Below, piece by piece: positions 53,300 to 63,573 of a DNA stretch of 64,000 nt. Where the stretch lies: assembly GCA_963806225.1 (NCBI GenBank), contig CAWDXG010000004.1:1856001-1920000 (forward strand), written 5' to 3'. Below the pieces are notes generated by a model, which worked only from the letters and a program-made list of their open reading frames with translations, was not told the origin of the DNA and searched no databases. The stretch comes from an uncultured delta proteobacterium. GTDB lineage: Bacteria; Myxococcota_A; Polyangia; Polyangiales; Polyangiaceae. The translations under genes and the position numbers were made by a program. Positions within the stretch are counted from its first letter, which is position 1. Every line of letters begins with the position of its first letter.

Positions 53300-53399
53300 G
53301 CGCCCATGCTGCGCCCGCAACCCAGCGCGGCGCAGGGCTTGCGCGATCCCCCGCGCGAAGTTCTTGCGCGACGCGGGCCGCAGTGGTTCACTTCTTGCT
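53300..53399 (+). promoter_or_regulatory. Three GCGCA-N5-TGCGC-type boxes plus sigma54 promoter of the USP gene
   Basis: GCGCC-CATGC-TGCGC 53300, GCGCA-GGGCT-TGCGC 53330, GCGAA-GTTCT-TGCGC 53355; TGGTTCACTTCTTGCT 53384-53399. Confidence 0.65.
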
Positions 53400-53415
53400 A
53401 CGGATCAACACCGCC

Positions 53416-53958
53416 ATGCCCTCCATCCGGAGCATCCTGGTTCCCGTCGACTTCTCGGACTGTTCTGCCGAGGTGGTCGAACACGCGGCGGAGCTTGCGC
53501 GCGGCCTGGGCGCACAGCTTCGGGTGCTGCATGTGGTCGATCCGCCCGGAGGTATCGCTCTCGACACCCCGCTCGAGATCGGCCAGGACGGAAGGGACAC
53601 GCAGACCGTCATCGAGTACCTCGCAGACGATGCGGAACAGCGGCTGCCGCGCTACCTGGAACAGCTCGACAACGTGTCGGTCCAGAGCATGGTCCGCATC
53701 GGACCCCCGGCAGATACCATCGTCGACGCCGCCGACGAGATCGGCGCCGATCTGATCGTCATGGGAACGCACGGCCGCACGGGGCTCGCGCACATGCTGC
53801 TCGGAAGTGTCGCCGAGCAGGTGCTCCGGCGCACGAGACGCCCGGTCGTGACGATCCGCTCGGAACACGGAGTTCGCTGCAAGGCGAAGAGCTGCAACTG
53901 GTGCAACTCCGGCGTCACCGAGGCCGAGCGCCGGGTGCGCGCCGAGGCGGACGGCTAG
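53416..53958 (+). CDS. Universal stress protein with C-terminal His/Cys cluster
   Basis: ILVPVDFS, DLIVMGTHGRTG..LGSVAEQVLR; tail HGVRCKAKSCNWC. Confidence 0.9.
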   Translation: MPSIRSILVPVDFSDCSAEVVEHAAELARGLGAQLRVLHVVDPPGGIALDTPLEIGQDGRDTQTVIEYLADDAEQRLPRYLEQLDNVSVQSMVRIGPPADTIVDAADEIGADLIVMGTHGRTGLAHMLLGSVAEQVLRRTRRPVVTIRSEHGVRCKAKSCNWCNSGVTEAERRVRAEADG

Positions 53959-54914
53959 CTCAGCGCGCTTTCCGACTTGCCGAGCTGGAGCGCGGGCTGG
54001 AGGTCAGCCCCGGGTTCGAGGCTGCGGTGGAGCACCGCGGGCGGCAGGATCCCGCGCTGGCGGAAAGCGAGCAGGATGCGCTTCATCACGTCCGTCTCGA
54101 ACGGCTTCTCGTACTTGGTGTCCACCACGTAGGCCTTGCCGCGAAGGTGGATGGCTACGTAGTCCTTCTCGATCACCTGCTTGATGAAAACATCGATCGG
54201 CTTGTCGAGGTAGACGTAGCGGCTGCTCAGGATGCCCTCGCTGATAAGCCGTTCGGCCAGCTCGATGTCCTGATCCACCCCGATGTAGAAATCGAACTGC
54301 ACCTGCATCTCCAGCGCGCCGTAGTTGCCGCAGGAAGAGACGTCGGTGAGGATCTTGTTGTTGGGGATGGTGACGACGTTGTGGTCGAGCGTGAACATCT
54401 GCACCGAGCGCAGACCGATCTTGATGATGTCACCGTACTCGCCGCCGTACTTCACGCGATCGCCTACCTGGAACGGGCGATCGAACATGATCGTGACCCC
54501 GGCGATCATGGCAGCGACCAGATCGCGCATGGCGAAGCCGATCGCCACCGCAAGAGTGCCGCCGACGAGTGCGAGCACCGTCTGGTTGATCTGGAAGCTC
54601 AGGCCGATGACGATCCCGCCCGTGGCGAAGTAGGCGAAAAAGCGCGTGAAAGACTCGATCTTCTGGAACATCAGGCGGCGGTGCGCGAAGCGCGCACTGA
54701 CCCGATCCACCACGCTGCTCAGGAACCTGAGCGCAATCATCACGCCGATGATGACGAAGACCGAAAGCAGCACGCCGCTCCAGCGGACGAAGCCGACAAT
54801 CTTGGACAGGTCCTTCGATGCGTCGGTCAGCTGCTGGGCCGAGGCGACCGATGACGCCGAGACGGACGCGAAAAAAGCCGCGAGCGATAGCCATCTGTTC
54901 CGGATCGCATTCAT
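53955..54914 (-). CDS. MscS family mechanosensitive channel
   Basis: AVAIGFAMRDLV, FDRPFQVGDRV..GDIIKIGLRS..TIPN. Confidence 0.9.
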   Translation of the reverse strand: MNAIRNRWLSLAAFFASVSASSVASAQQLTDASKDLSKIVGFVRWSGVLLSVFVIIGVMIALRFLSSVVDRVSARFAHRRLMFQKIESFTRFFAYFATGGIVIGLSFQINQTVLALVGGTLAVAIGFAMRDLVAAMIAGVTIMFDRPFQVGDRVKYGGEYGDIIKIGLRSVQMFTLDHNVVTIPNNKILTDVSSCGNYGALEMQVQFDFYIGVDQDIELAERLISEGILSSRYVYLDKPIDVFIKQVIEKDYVAIHLRGKAYVVDTKYEKPFETDVMKRILLAFRQRGILPPAVLHRSLEPGADLQPALQLGKSESALS

Positions 54915-54925
54915 GTCGTCCTCCG

Positions 54926-57900
54926 TTACTCGGTCTTGACGGCCGCTAGCAGGTGTCGTCTCTGCAAAAATCGCGTGACCGCCCGGAACCACCCCCAGCT
55001 CACCCGGTAGCGGCTGCCAATGTGATCGAGGTAGCCCCGGAAACTCGCGTAACGGATGGCGTCGTTCACCTCCCTGAGCGACAGCATGGTCGCCGTGATG
55101 ATGTCGTCCACCTCCGCCAGCTCGAGCTGCACGATGGCCCGGAGAACGAACACCGCGGGGTCCGGCAACCGCTCGAGGTCGCTGGTATCGGGCGCGTTGA
55201 ACAGCTGCACGAGGACCCGGCTGTCGGGGTCAACGCGGAGCGACTCCCGCCAGAAGTGGATCGCCACGGCCGGGTTCCCACCCGCATAGTCCCACAAGAG
55301 GCGGTAGTAGCTCGCTTCGGTACGCGCCAGCTGCTCGGCGTAGAACTCCCGGTCGGGCTCCTCGTCCGTAATGAGCTCGTCGAAGTGCGGCTCTATGCCC
55401 GCCTTTCTCGAGCGCTTCTCGAGCAACTCGGCGATGCCTTCCTCCGACCAGGGCTGCATCACGATGACATCGTCGAACAGCGGCCGCGCGCCCCGCGCCC
55501 GCTCCACGTACTGCCAGATGACGGACCCCATGCAGAAAACCCAGGTGCACGTGATGCTCGATTCGCGTGCGAGCGCGAGCAGCGCGTCCAGGTCGTCGAG
55601 CCCCCCGATGGTCGGGCGCACCAGGCGCTGGGCGTCGTCCACGAGAAGCGCGTTGTCCTCGGTGCGCGCGTTTATCCGCGCGATGATCGTCGTGTCATCG
55701 GCGCCCTCGTCGAGCTCGAGCGCACGGCGTAGCTCGCGACGGAACTCGGCGATGCCTCCGGGAGGACAGTCCACCACGATCGAATCGGGGCGCGTGCGAT
55801 GGATGCGCTGGAGCAGCGTCGTCTTGCCGCTCCCGCGTTCGCCGACCACCGAGAAGACGCCTCCGCCCGGCGCGTCGATGCAACGCACCACCTCGTCGAC
55901 CTCGCCGTCCGCGACGGTCGGCACCAGCAACCCGGCCGCCTGCTCGGGATCCAGCGCCGCGTAGCACTCGGGGTCGAGCGGCTCGCTCGGGACCTCGTCG
56001 TCGCGCTCCTTGGCCTGCTTGGCGATCTCCCGCCGGAACCAGTACGCGAGCACCCGGCGCGTCACGTTGAAACCGCTCACGTAGCTGCGCGCCAGTCGGC
56101 CGACACCGACGCCGATCAGGTATCCGCCACCGAGCGCCGCGGCGACGAAGCTGCTCCAGCCCTCCTGATGCGCGATCAGCCACTCGGTGAAGGCGTTCTT
56201 GCGCCGCGCCTGCATGCGCTCGAAGATCACGGGGCGCCACCAGCGCACGATCACGAGGAAGATAGGCAGAGCCGCCAGCCAGCAGGTGCCGAGCACCCAG
56301 CTGTAGATCGTGCCCTTGCCTACGAGCTGTGTGGTCAGAGACAGCGTCAACCCGACCAGGACGATCACGCGGCCAATCAAGCGTAGCGAGCGCAGACGCA
56401 GCTGATCGGTGTTCTTGCGCCGACGTCGGCGGCCGCGACGCGCGAGAAATTCATCGAGCGCGTCGACGACGATGATGCCGCCGATGGTCCAGCTGAGCAC
56501 GGTCCAGAAGATCTGGACCTCGTACAGACCCTCGACGACGGTGCCGGCGAAACTCATGGCAAGCCACACCAGGACAAGCCACTCGAGGGGCTTGTGCACG
56601 CGCAGCACGAGCCCCGCGAACCGTTCGCCCCAGTGCAGGGCCCGATGCCGGCGGGTGGGACGGCCGGGACTCCGCGCGGCGTCGCGGAGCCGATCGCGAA
56701 GCCCTCCGAGCACCTCCCCTGCGCGGCGGCGCCACCAGAAGAAAGCGAAGAGCAGTGCTAGCAGCTTCAAGAGCGAAACCGTCGCGAAGACATCGCCCGT
56801 GCGATCGCGGTCGGGCGACTTGAGGCCGACGACCCAGTGAGCCGTCGCAAGAACGTGGAAGCGAGTGACCAGCGTGACCTGGCGGATCTCGGCGCGTGCC
56901 TGCTCCAGGCCGCTGGGACTGAACCCGGTCAGGCTGCTGCGCTTGCCCGAGGAGAGCCAACGGTAGAGCGCGAGCCTGTTCTTGTTGAGCTCCTCGACCT
57001 GCTCGAGAAGCATGTTCGCGCGCGACCAGCGCACCGAGCTCGTCTTCTTCTCGAGCTTCTTCTCCTCGGCAAGCACGTCCTTGCGCAGCCGGTCGGCCAC
57101 GCTGCGGTCGACGGCGGCGCCCGCCGTGTCGAGCCGGTCGACGCCTGCGCGCGGAATCGCACTTTCGCCGGCGGATACTTCGTCCAGCGCCGCCGACAGA
57201 TCCGAGCGAGCGCCGCGCAGGGTCTTGATCAGCTCGTCGTAGAGGGTGTCGGCCGCGGTCGCGGTGGCGTCGTGGTCCTGTAGCTTCTGGATCAGGTCGG
57301 AAACGCGACGACGCCATTCCAGCGTTCTCTCCGACTGCCGGGTGATCTCGTGCTGCTGCCGGATGAGATCCGCTTCGTAGCGCGCCTGCTTCTCGCGCAC
57401 GCCCAGCAGGCGCGCGCGTTCCTGCGCCACGAGCCGCACCGCTTCGGATCGCGCCTTCTTGAGATCCTGCAGGGCCTTCTGGCGATCACTGGCAGCCTTT
57501 TCCGCCTGCTGTTCAGCGCTGTTGAGGCCCTTGGCAACAGTCTTCTTCGCTTCTGCTGCCGCCTGCTTTTCGTGCTCGGCGAGAAGCGCGGCGCGCTTCT
57601 TCGCTGGCAGGGAGAGGAACGCGTAGCGGGCCTTGTCGAGATCGAGGCTTGCCTGCCACAGCGTCCGCTCGTCCACCGGCATGGCTTCCGGAGCGGCGTC
57701 CTGGGCGCCGGCGTCGAGCGTCTTCGGCTTTGGCTTCGCGGGTTTCCGTAGCTTCTTCTCCGGCGCGGGGGCTGGCGCGGCGGCCCGTGGCGCCGCGCCG
57801 GCAATCAGCGCCGAGAGGCGCCGCCGCTCGACGCCGATCGCGAGCTCGTCGTCGAGCCGCACGTCGAACAGGGTCGCCGGTGCGACGTCCGGCCCGAGCT

Positions 57901-58102
57901 TGCCGGCGATCAAAGCCTTGATGCTGTGGGCCTTCCGCGCGAGGACCTTGACGTCGTTTCGGACGGGCTCAGCGCCAGCATCGGCCCGGGCCGCCCCTGC
58001 GTCGCCAACTCCCCCGTCCGCTGCGCGAGCATCAGTCGAAACGACCAGCAGGCACGAAAATGCCAGCGCAAATCCGAAACGGAACGCCCTACGGACAGGC
58101 AT
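54926..58102 (-). CDS. Large membrane protein: signal peptide, coiled-coil periplasmic region, multi-TM, C-terminal P-loop (AAA/STAND-like) ATPase
   Basis: Walker A GERGSGKT, Walker B LLVDDA, GGNPAVA, C-terminal wHTH-like region; 11 bp upstream of mscS. Confidence 0.8.
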   Translation of the reverse strand: MPVRRAFRFGFALAFSCLLVVSTDARAADGGVGDAGAARADAGAEPVRNDVKVLARKAHSIKALIAGKLGPDVAPATLFDVRLDDELAIGVERRRLSALIAGAAPRAAAPAPAPEKKLRKPAKPKPKTLDAGAQDAAPEAMPVDERTLWQASLDLDKARYAFLSLPAKKRAALLAEHEKQAAAEAKKTVAKGLNSAEQQAEKAASDRQKALQDLKKARSEAVRLVAQERARLLGVREKQARYEADLIRQQHEITRQSERTLEWRRRVSDLIQKLQDHDATATAADTLYDELIKTLRGARSDLSAALDEVSAGESAIPRAGVDRLDTAGAAVDRSVADRLRKDVLAEEKKLEKKTSSVRWSRANMLLEQVEELNKNRLALYRWLSSGKRSSLTGFSPSGLEQARAEIRQVTLVTRFHVLATAHWVVGLKSPDRDRTGDVFATVSLLKLLALLFAFFWWRRRAGEVLGGLRDRLRDAARSPGRPTRRHRALHWGERFAGLVLRVHKPLEWLVLVWLAMSFAGTVVEGLYEVQIFWTVLSWTIGGIIVVDALDEFLARRGRRRRRKNTDQLRLRSLRLIGRVIVLVGLTLSLTTQLVGKGTIYSWVLGTCWLAALPIFLVIVRWWRPVIFERMQARRKNAFTEWLIAHQEGWSSFVAAALGGGYLIGVGVGRLARSYVSGFNVTRRVLAYWFRREIAKQAKERDDEVPSEPLDPECYAALDPEQAAGLLVPTVADGEVDEVVRCIDAPGGGVFSVVGERGSGKTTLLQRIHRTRPDSIVVDCPPGGIAEFRRELRRALELDEGADDTTIIARINARTEDNALLVDDAQRLVRPTIGGLDDLDALLALARESSITCTWVFCMGSVIWQYVERARGARPLFDDVIVMQPWSEEGIAELLEKRSRKAGIEPHFDELITDEEPDREFYAEQLARTEASYYRLLWDYAGGNPAVAIHFWRESLRVDPDSRVLVQLFNAPDTSDLERLPDPAVFVLRAIVQLELAEVDDIITATMLSLREVNDAIRYASFRGYLDHIGSRYRVSWGWFRAVTRFLQRRHLLAAVKTE

Positions 58103-58222
58103 CCGCCTTGTCTTAGGCCGCCGGGCAGCCGGCAACAAGGCGGATGGAGTGCTGTTCATCGAAAGCCCGGGTGGACCACGCTAGCGCGCTCCGGAACGCC
58201 ATGATAGCTAGCGCATTCGACG

Positions 58223-59168
58223 ATGTGGAGGAGCGCGGGCCCAGTGGATTGGGCGGTTTTCGCGGGCGCGGTGCTCTGCACGATGCTCGTCAACCGCTTG
58301 CTGTTCGGCGGCGCGACGCATCGCATCTCCTTCCGCGAGGCAGCGCTGCGCAGCACCGTGTGGGTGCTGGCGGCAGCTGGATTCGCCGGCTTCATCTTCT
58401 ACCGGCACGGCCACCACCAGGCGATCACTTTCGCGGTCGCGTATCTCGTCGAGCAGTCGCTTTCGGTCGACAACCTGTTCGTCTTTTTGGTGGTCTTTAC
58501 CTACTTCTCTATCAGCGACGCTGTACCAGGCGCGCGTCCTCACCTGGGGCGTCGCCGGCGCCGTGTTGATGCGCGCCGCTTTCATCCTGGCCGGGACGGC
58601 GCCTGCTCCACCACTTCCACTGGATGATGTACGTGTTCGGAGCCTTCCTCCTGTACACGGCGCTGAAGCTCGGCTTGCGCAAGGAAGAGGAGACGATCAA
58701 TCCTGAAGACAACGTGGCGTTGAAGCTCGCGCGGCGCTTCCTTCCCGCGACGACAAGCTCCATGGCGACCGCTTCTTCGTGATCGAGAACGGCAAGCGAC
58801 TCGCCACGCCGCTGATGCTGGTGCTGATCGTGATCGAGTTCACGGACGTGATGTTCGCGGTCGACTCGGTGCCAGCCGTGCTCGCCATCTCGAAAAACAC
58901 GTTCATCGTCTACACATCGAACATCCTGGCCGTGCTGGGCTTGCGCTCGCTGTACTTCCTCCTGGCGGGGATGATGAGTCGCTTCCACTACCTGGACATC
59001 GGACTGGCCTGCATCCTCGGCTTCGTCGGGCTGAAGATGATTGCAGGCGAGCTCGTGCACATCCCCAATCTGGTGTCGCTCGGCGTGATCGCGCTGATGC
59101 TGGGCGTGGCGGTCGCGGCATCGCTCCTGCGCCCGAACAGGCCCTCCCCGAGCGTGGCGGACAAGTAG
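58223..59168 (+). CDS. TerC/Alx family membrane protein, about 3 frameshifts
   Basis: EQSLSVDNLFVF, RVLTWGVAGAVLMRA, IEFTDVMFAVDSVPA, TSNILAVLGLRSLYF in successive frames. Confidence 0.85.
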
Positions 59169-59273
59169 CTCCGGACGATCGGATGACTTTTGGGGGTTTG
59201 CAGCCCGGACGCGGCGACGCAAGGTAGCGATGGCTCGGCGGACCGCCGACCGCCCCGGACCCCATTCCAGAAG

Positions 59274-62012
59274 ATGCGCCTGCCTGTCTCGACCTATCGC
59301 ATCCAGCTCGGCGCTGGCTTGTCGCTGGACCGTGCGCGCTCGTTGGTCGACTACCTGGCCGCGTTGGGCGTGGATTTCCTGTATCTCTCGCCGGTGCTGG
59401 CCGCGCGCAGCGGCAGCACGCACGGCTACGACGTCGTCGATCCCCGGCGCATCGACCCGGAGCTCGGCTCGCGGCATGACCTCGAGGAGCTGGCGCGTAC
59501 GCTCGAAAGCCATGGCATGGGTCTGTTGCTGGACATCGTGCCGAACCACATGGCAGCCGACACGGAAAACCCCTGGTGGTTCGACGTGCTGTCCAGGGGC
59601 CGCGATTCGGCTTACGCCGATTTCTTCGACATCGACTGGTCAGCGGGGGGACCCGGTCTCGAAGGGCGCGTGCTCTTGCCGATCCTGGGCGAAAGTCCGG
59701 CCGCGGTCGCTGCACGCGGCGATCTCCGCGCGGTGCGGGAGGGCGGCGCGCTGCTCCTCGCGTACTTCGATCGGCGCCTGCCGCTGTGCGCACGCAGCTG
59801 GCCGCTCGTGCTCGAGCCTGCACTGGCACGGGTCGACGCTGACGAGCTCGGCGCGATCGTCGAACGCGCGAGAGCGCTGCCCGGTCTCGACGCCGCAGAG
59901 CGCCGCCGCCAGAGCGAAGCGCTGCACGCGAGGCTCGAGAGCCTGCTTCGAGCGGAAGCTGACGTGCGTGACGCCGTGGATGCCGAGCTCGCTGCGGTCG
60001 CCAGGGAACCGGGGCGCGGGCGATTGCTTTCGCTTCTGGAAGAGCAGCACTACCGCCTCAGGCTCTGGAACGGTCCACTGCCGCTCAACTACCGGCGGTT
60101 CTTCGACGTGAGCGGGCTGGTCGGCCTCAGGGTGGAGGCTCCGCTCGTATTCAAGGAGTCGCATGCGCTGCTGCTCGACCTGGTGTCCCGCGGGCTCGTC
60201 CACGGTCTGCGCATCGATCATCCCGACGGCCTCCTCGATCCGGAAGGCTATCTGGAGCGGCTGGCCCGCTCGGTCCCGGGCCACCGACCCTACGTGGTGG
60301 TCGAGAAGATCCTCGCCGGAGACGAGCGCCTGCGCGAGAGCTGGCCGGTCGCGGGAACGACGGGCTACGAGCAGCTCGACCTGCTCGGCAGCGTGCTGAT
60401 CGACCCGGGTGGCCGGGACGCGCTGCTCGACACGTACGCCCGCTTCACGCAGCAGAGCGTCGATTTTGCGGACGTGGCGTTCGGCAGCAAGCGCCATGTG
60501 CTGGAGCGCCTGCTGGCCCCCGAGCTTGCGGCGCTGGTGCGCTCGCTCTCGGCCCTGCTCGACCCCACTGCGCCGCCCGACAGCGAGCTCGAAGACGCGC
60601 TGACCGCGGTCATCGCCTGCTTCAGCGTCTATCGCAGCTACGTGCGCCCGGGCGCGGTGCGCGTGGAAGGCGAGGACCGGCGGCGCATCGAAAGAGCCGT
60701 CGACGCCGCAGGGCAGCGGGGAGCGCGGTCCACCGCGCTCGAGGCGATCCGGAGCGCCCTCCTGCTCGAGCCGCCCGTGGCGCACGACGACGAGAGCCGT
60801 GCTGCATGCCTCGAGCTGCTCCTGCGTTTCCAGCAGCTCACCGGCCCCGCGGCTGCGAAGGGCGTGGAGGACACAGCCTGCTATCGCTACCTGCCGCTTG
60901 CCTGCCTATGCGAAGTCGGCGGAGAGCCCGGTCGGTTCGGCGTGCCGGTCGAACAGTTCCACGCGCACAACAAGGAGCGTGCCGCACATGGGGCGGGCTC
61001 GCTGAGCGCGAGCTCGACGCACGACACCAAGCGCGGCGAAGACGTGCGCTGCCGCATCGGTGTGCTCTCCGAGATGCCGGAGCGCTGGGCGGAAGCGGCG
61101 CTCCGCTGGCACGCGCTCGCCGCCCCGCACCGCGCGTCGCTTCGAGGCGGGTCGGCTCCAGCTGCGGCCGACGAGTACCTGTTGTTCCAGACACTGGTCG
61201 GCGCGTGGCCGGACGGCGAGCTCGACGGCCCGGAGCTCGCCGCTTTCAGGGAGCGCATCGCGGCCTACATGCTGAAGGCGGCCCGCGAAGCGAAGCGCTT
61301 CACGAGCTGGGTAGACGGCGATGTCGAGTACGAGGCGGCGCTGGTGCGCTTCGTCGAGCGAGTTCTGGATCGCGCGCACAGTGCCGGGCTTGTCGCCGAC
61401 CTGCAGCGCTTCGTCGGGCCGGTGGCCCGGGCGGGCAGGCTCGCGTCGCTGTCGATGCTGCTGCTCAAGATCGCGGGCCCTGGTATTCCGGACTTCTACC
61501 AGGGCAGCGAGCTGTGGGACGGCAGCCTCGTCGACCCGGACAACCGGCGCCCGGTGGATTTCGAGCGACGCCGCATTCTGCTCGCAGAGCTGTCCGACGA
61601 GCAGGACATGGCGGCGCTGCTCGACCAGCTGGGCGACGGCCGCCTCAAACTGCTGCTCACTCTGCGGGGGCTCGGGCTGCGCAAGCGCCGTGCGGACCTG
61701 TTCGCGAGCGGCGACTACCTGCCCGTGATGGCTTCAGGGTTCGGAAGGGAGCAGATCGTCGCCTTCGCCAGGACCCGCGGCGACGACGCCGTGCTCGTTG
61801 CCGTAGGACGCTTCTTCAGTCGCTTTGCCGGGCGCCCGCCGGTCGGCGACGCGTGGAACGACACCGCACTCGAGCTGCCGCCGGAGTTTCCACATGGATG
61901 CTACCGCGATGCCCTGACCGGTCTGGAGCTGGAACTGGAATCCCGGACACAGATATCGACTTCCCGGCTTTTTGCACGGCTGCCATACATCATGATGGAA
62001 CGCATCCCATGA
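59274..62012 (+). CDS. treY: Malto-oligosyltrehalose synthase
   Basis: STYRIQL, GSTHGYDV, DIVPNHM, NYRRFF, GLRIDHPDGL, AKGVEDTA, STHDTKR, PDFYQG, SLVDPDNRRPVDF. Confidence 0.95.
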   Translation: MRLPVSTYRIQLGAGLSLDRARSLVDYLAALGVDFLYLSPVLAARSGSTHGYDVVDPRRIDPELGSRHDLEELARTLESHGMGLLLDIVPNHMAADTENPWWFDVLSRGRDSAYADFFDIDWSAGGPGLEGRVLLPILGESPAAVAARGDLRAVREGGALLLAYFDRRLPLCARSWPLVLEPALARVDADELGAIVERARALPGLDAAERRRQSEALHARLESLLRAEADVRDAVDAELAAVAREPGRGRLLSLLEEQHYRLRLWNGPLPLNYRRFFDVSGLVGLRVEAPLVFKESHALLLDLVSRGLVHGLRIDHPDGLLDPEGYLERLARSVPGHRPYVVVEKILAGDERLRESWPVAGTTGYEQLDLLGSVLIDPGGRDALLDTYARFTQQSVDFADVAFGSKRHVLERLLAPELAALVRSLSALLDPTAPPDSELEDALTAVIACFSVYRSYVRPGAVRVEGEDRRRIERAVDAAGQRGARSTALEAIRSALLLEPPVAHDDESRAACLELLLRFQQLTGPAAAKGVEDTACYRYLPLACLCEVGGEPGRFGVPVEQFHAHNKERAAHGAGSLSASSTHDTKRGEDVRCRIGVLSEMPERWAEAALRWHALAAPHRASLRGGSAPAAADEYLLFQTLVGAWPDGELDGPELAAFRERIAAYMLKAAREAKRFTSWVDGDVEYEAALVRFVERVLDRAHSAGLVADLQRFVGPVARAGRLASLSMLLLKIAGPGIPDFYQGSELWDGSLVDPDNRRPVDFERRRILLAELSDEQDMAALLDQLGDGRLKLLLTLRGLGLRKRRADLFASGDYLPVMASGFGREQIVAFARTRGDDAVLVAVGRFFSRFAGRPPVGDAWNDTALELPPEFPHGCYRDALTGLELELESRTQISTSRLFARLPYIMMERIP

Positions 62013-63573
62013 ATCCGTCGCCACTGTCAGAGCGCGCGAGCGGCGTGCTCCTGCATCCCACGAGCCTGCCCGGCCCCCACGGCCACGGCGATCTCGGCCC
62101 GGCGGCTCATCGCTTCGCCGGATTCCTGGCGAGCGCGGGGCAGAGCTGGTGGCAGATGCTGCCGCTGGGTCCGCCGGGCGCGGGGAATTCGCCCTACGAT
62201 AGCCCTTCAACCTTCGCCGGAAGCCCGGGGCTGGTCAGCCTGGAACAGCTCGCCGCCGACGGGCTGCTCGAGCCCGACGAGATCGCGCCGACGCGCGGGC
62301 TCCAGGGCAAGCGGGCGCGCTACGGAGCAGCGACCCGCTACCGCCTGCCGCGGCTGGAGCAGGCGCACGAGCGGTTCAGGGGCTCGGCGATCCAAGCGGG
62401 ACACCAGAGCTTTCGAGGCGTTCTGCGAAGAGCAGCGGAGCTGGCTCGACGACTACAGCGCTGTACGAGGCATTGAAGTCCGCCGAGGGCGGCGCTCCCT
62501 GGCCCGCGTGGGAGCCCGACCTGGTCGCGCGCAAGCCCGCCGCCCTGCGTCGCGCGCGACGGCGGCTCGCCGACGGGATCGCTTTCCACGAGTTCGTGCA
62601 GTACCAGTTCGACCGACAGTGGCGAGCTCTGCAGCGCCGCTGCCGCGAGCTGGGAATCAGCCTGCTGGGCGACGTGCCCATCTACGTCGCTCACGACGGC
62701 GCCGATGTGTGGGCGCATCGGGAGCTCTTCCACGTGGACCGCGCGGGCAGACGCCGCGTGGTGGCCGGTGTGCCGCCAGATGCGTTCAGTTCGACGGGGC
62801 AGCTGTGGGGCAATCCGCTCTATCGCTGGTCGGCGCTGGACCGGAGCGACTACGCATGGTGGATCGCGCGCCTCGCGCTCACGCTGTCGCGGTTCGACGC
62901 GGTACGGCTCGATCACTTCATCGGCTTCCGCCGCTACTGGGAGGTCAAGGCCGGCGCCCGCACAGCAGAGCGCGGCCGGTTCGTGCAGGTGCCCGGGGAG
63001 CGCTTCCTCAGCACCGTCCAGAGCGCTCTCGGCGGGCTGCCGTTCGTCGCGGAGGATCTGGGGATCATGACCGACGAGGTCCGCGCGCTCCGCGACCGGT
63101 TCGGGCTTCCCGGCATGCGGGTGCTGCAGTTCGCGTTCGACGACGCGGGGCCGAGCGACTACCAGCCGCACCGCTATCCCCGGCACGCGGTTGCCTATAC
63201 GGGCACGCACGACAACGACACCGCGGTCGGCTGGTTCAAGGAACGCGCGCCGCGCGGCGATCGGAAGCGGTCGCGAGAGCTTTCGGAGAGAAGGCGGCGC
63301 GTCCTCGACTATCTCGACAGCGACGGCAGGGAAATCCACTGGGACATGATCCGCGCGGCCTTGATGTCCGTCGCGGACACCGCCGTGTTCCCGATGCAGG
63401 ATCTGCTCGGCCTCGGCTCTGCCGCGCGCATGAACACGCCCGGAACCTCGCATGGCAACTGGTCCTGGCGCGTCCAGGAGGCAGAGCTCGCACCCGCCAT
63501 CGCGGAACGCATGGCGGGCCTGTGCGCGATCTACGAGCGCGTTCCCGAGCGTGGCGGCAGGAGCGGGCGATGA
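62009..63573 (+). CDS. malQ: 4-alpha-glucanotransferase (amylomaltase); two +1 frameshifts near 62411 and 62457
   Basis: RASGVLLHPTSLP, WQMLPLGP, GVPPDAFS.TGQLWGNP, RLDHFIGF, AEDLG, YTGTHDNDT, RMNTPG. Confidence 0.9.

Noticed and set aside
53395..53408. FNR-like TTGCT-N4-ATCAA before the USP gene
   Set aside because: One mismatch, overlaps the sigma54 -12 element and lies only 7 bp from the ATG; better explained by the sigma54 promoter
58147..58222. yybP-ykoY Mn riboswitch expected upstream of terC/alx
   Set aside because: I could not see the conserved riboswitch motifs; an Rfam/Infernal scan would settle it
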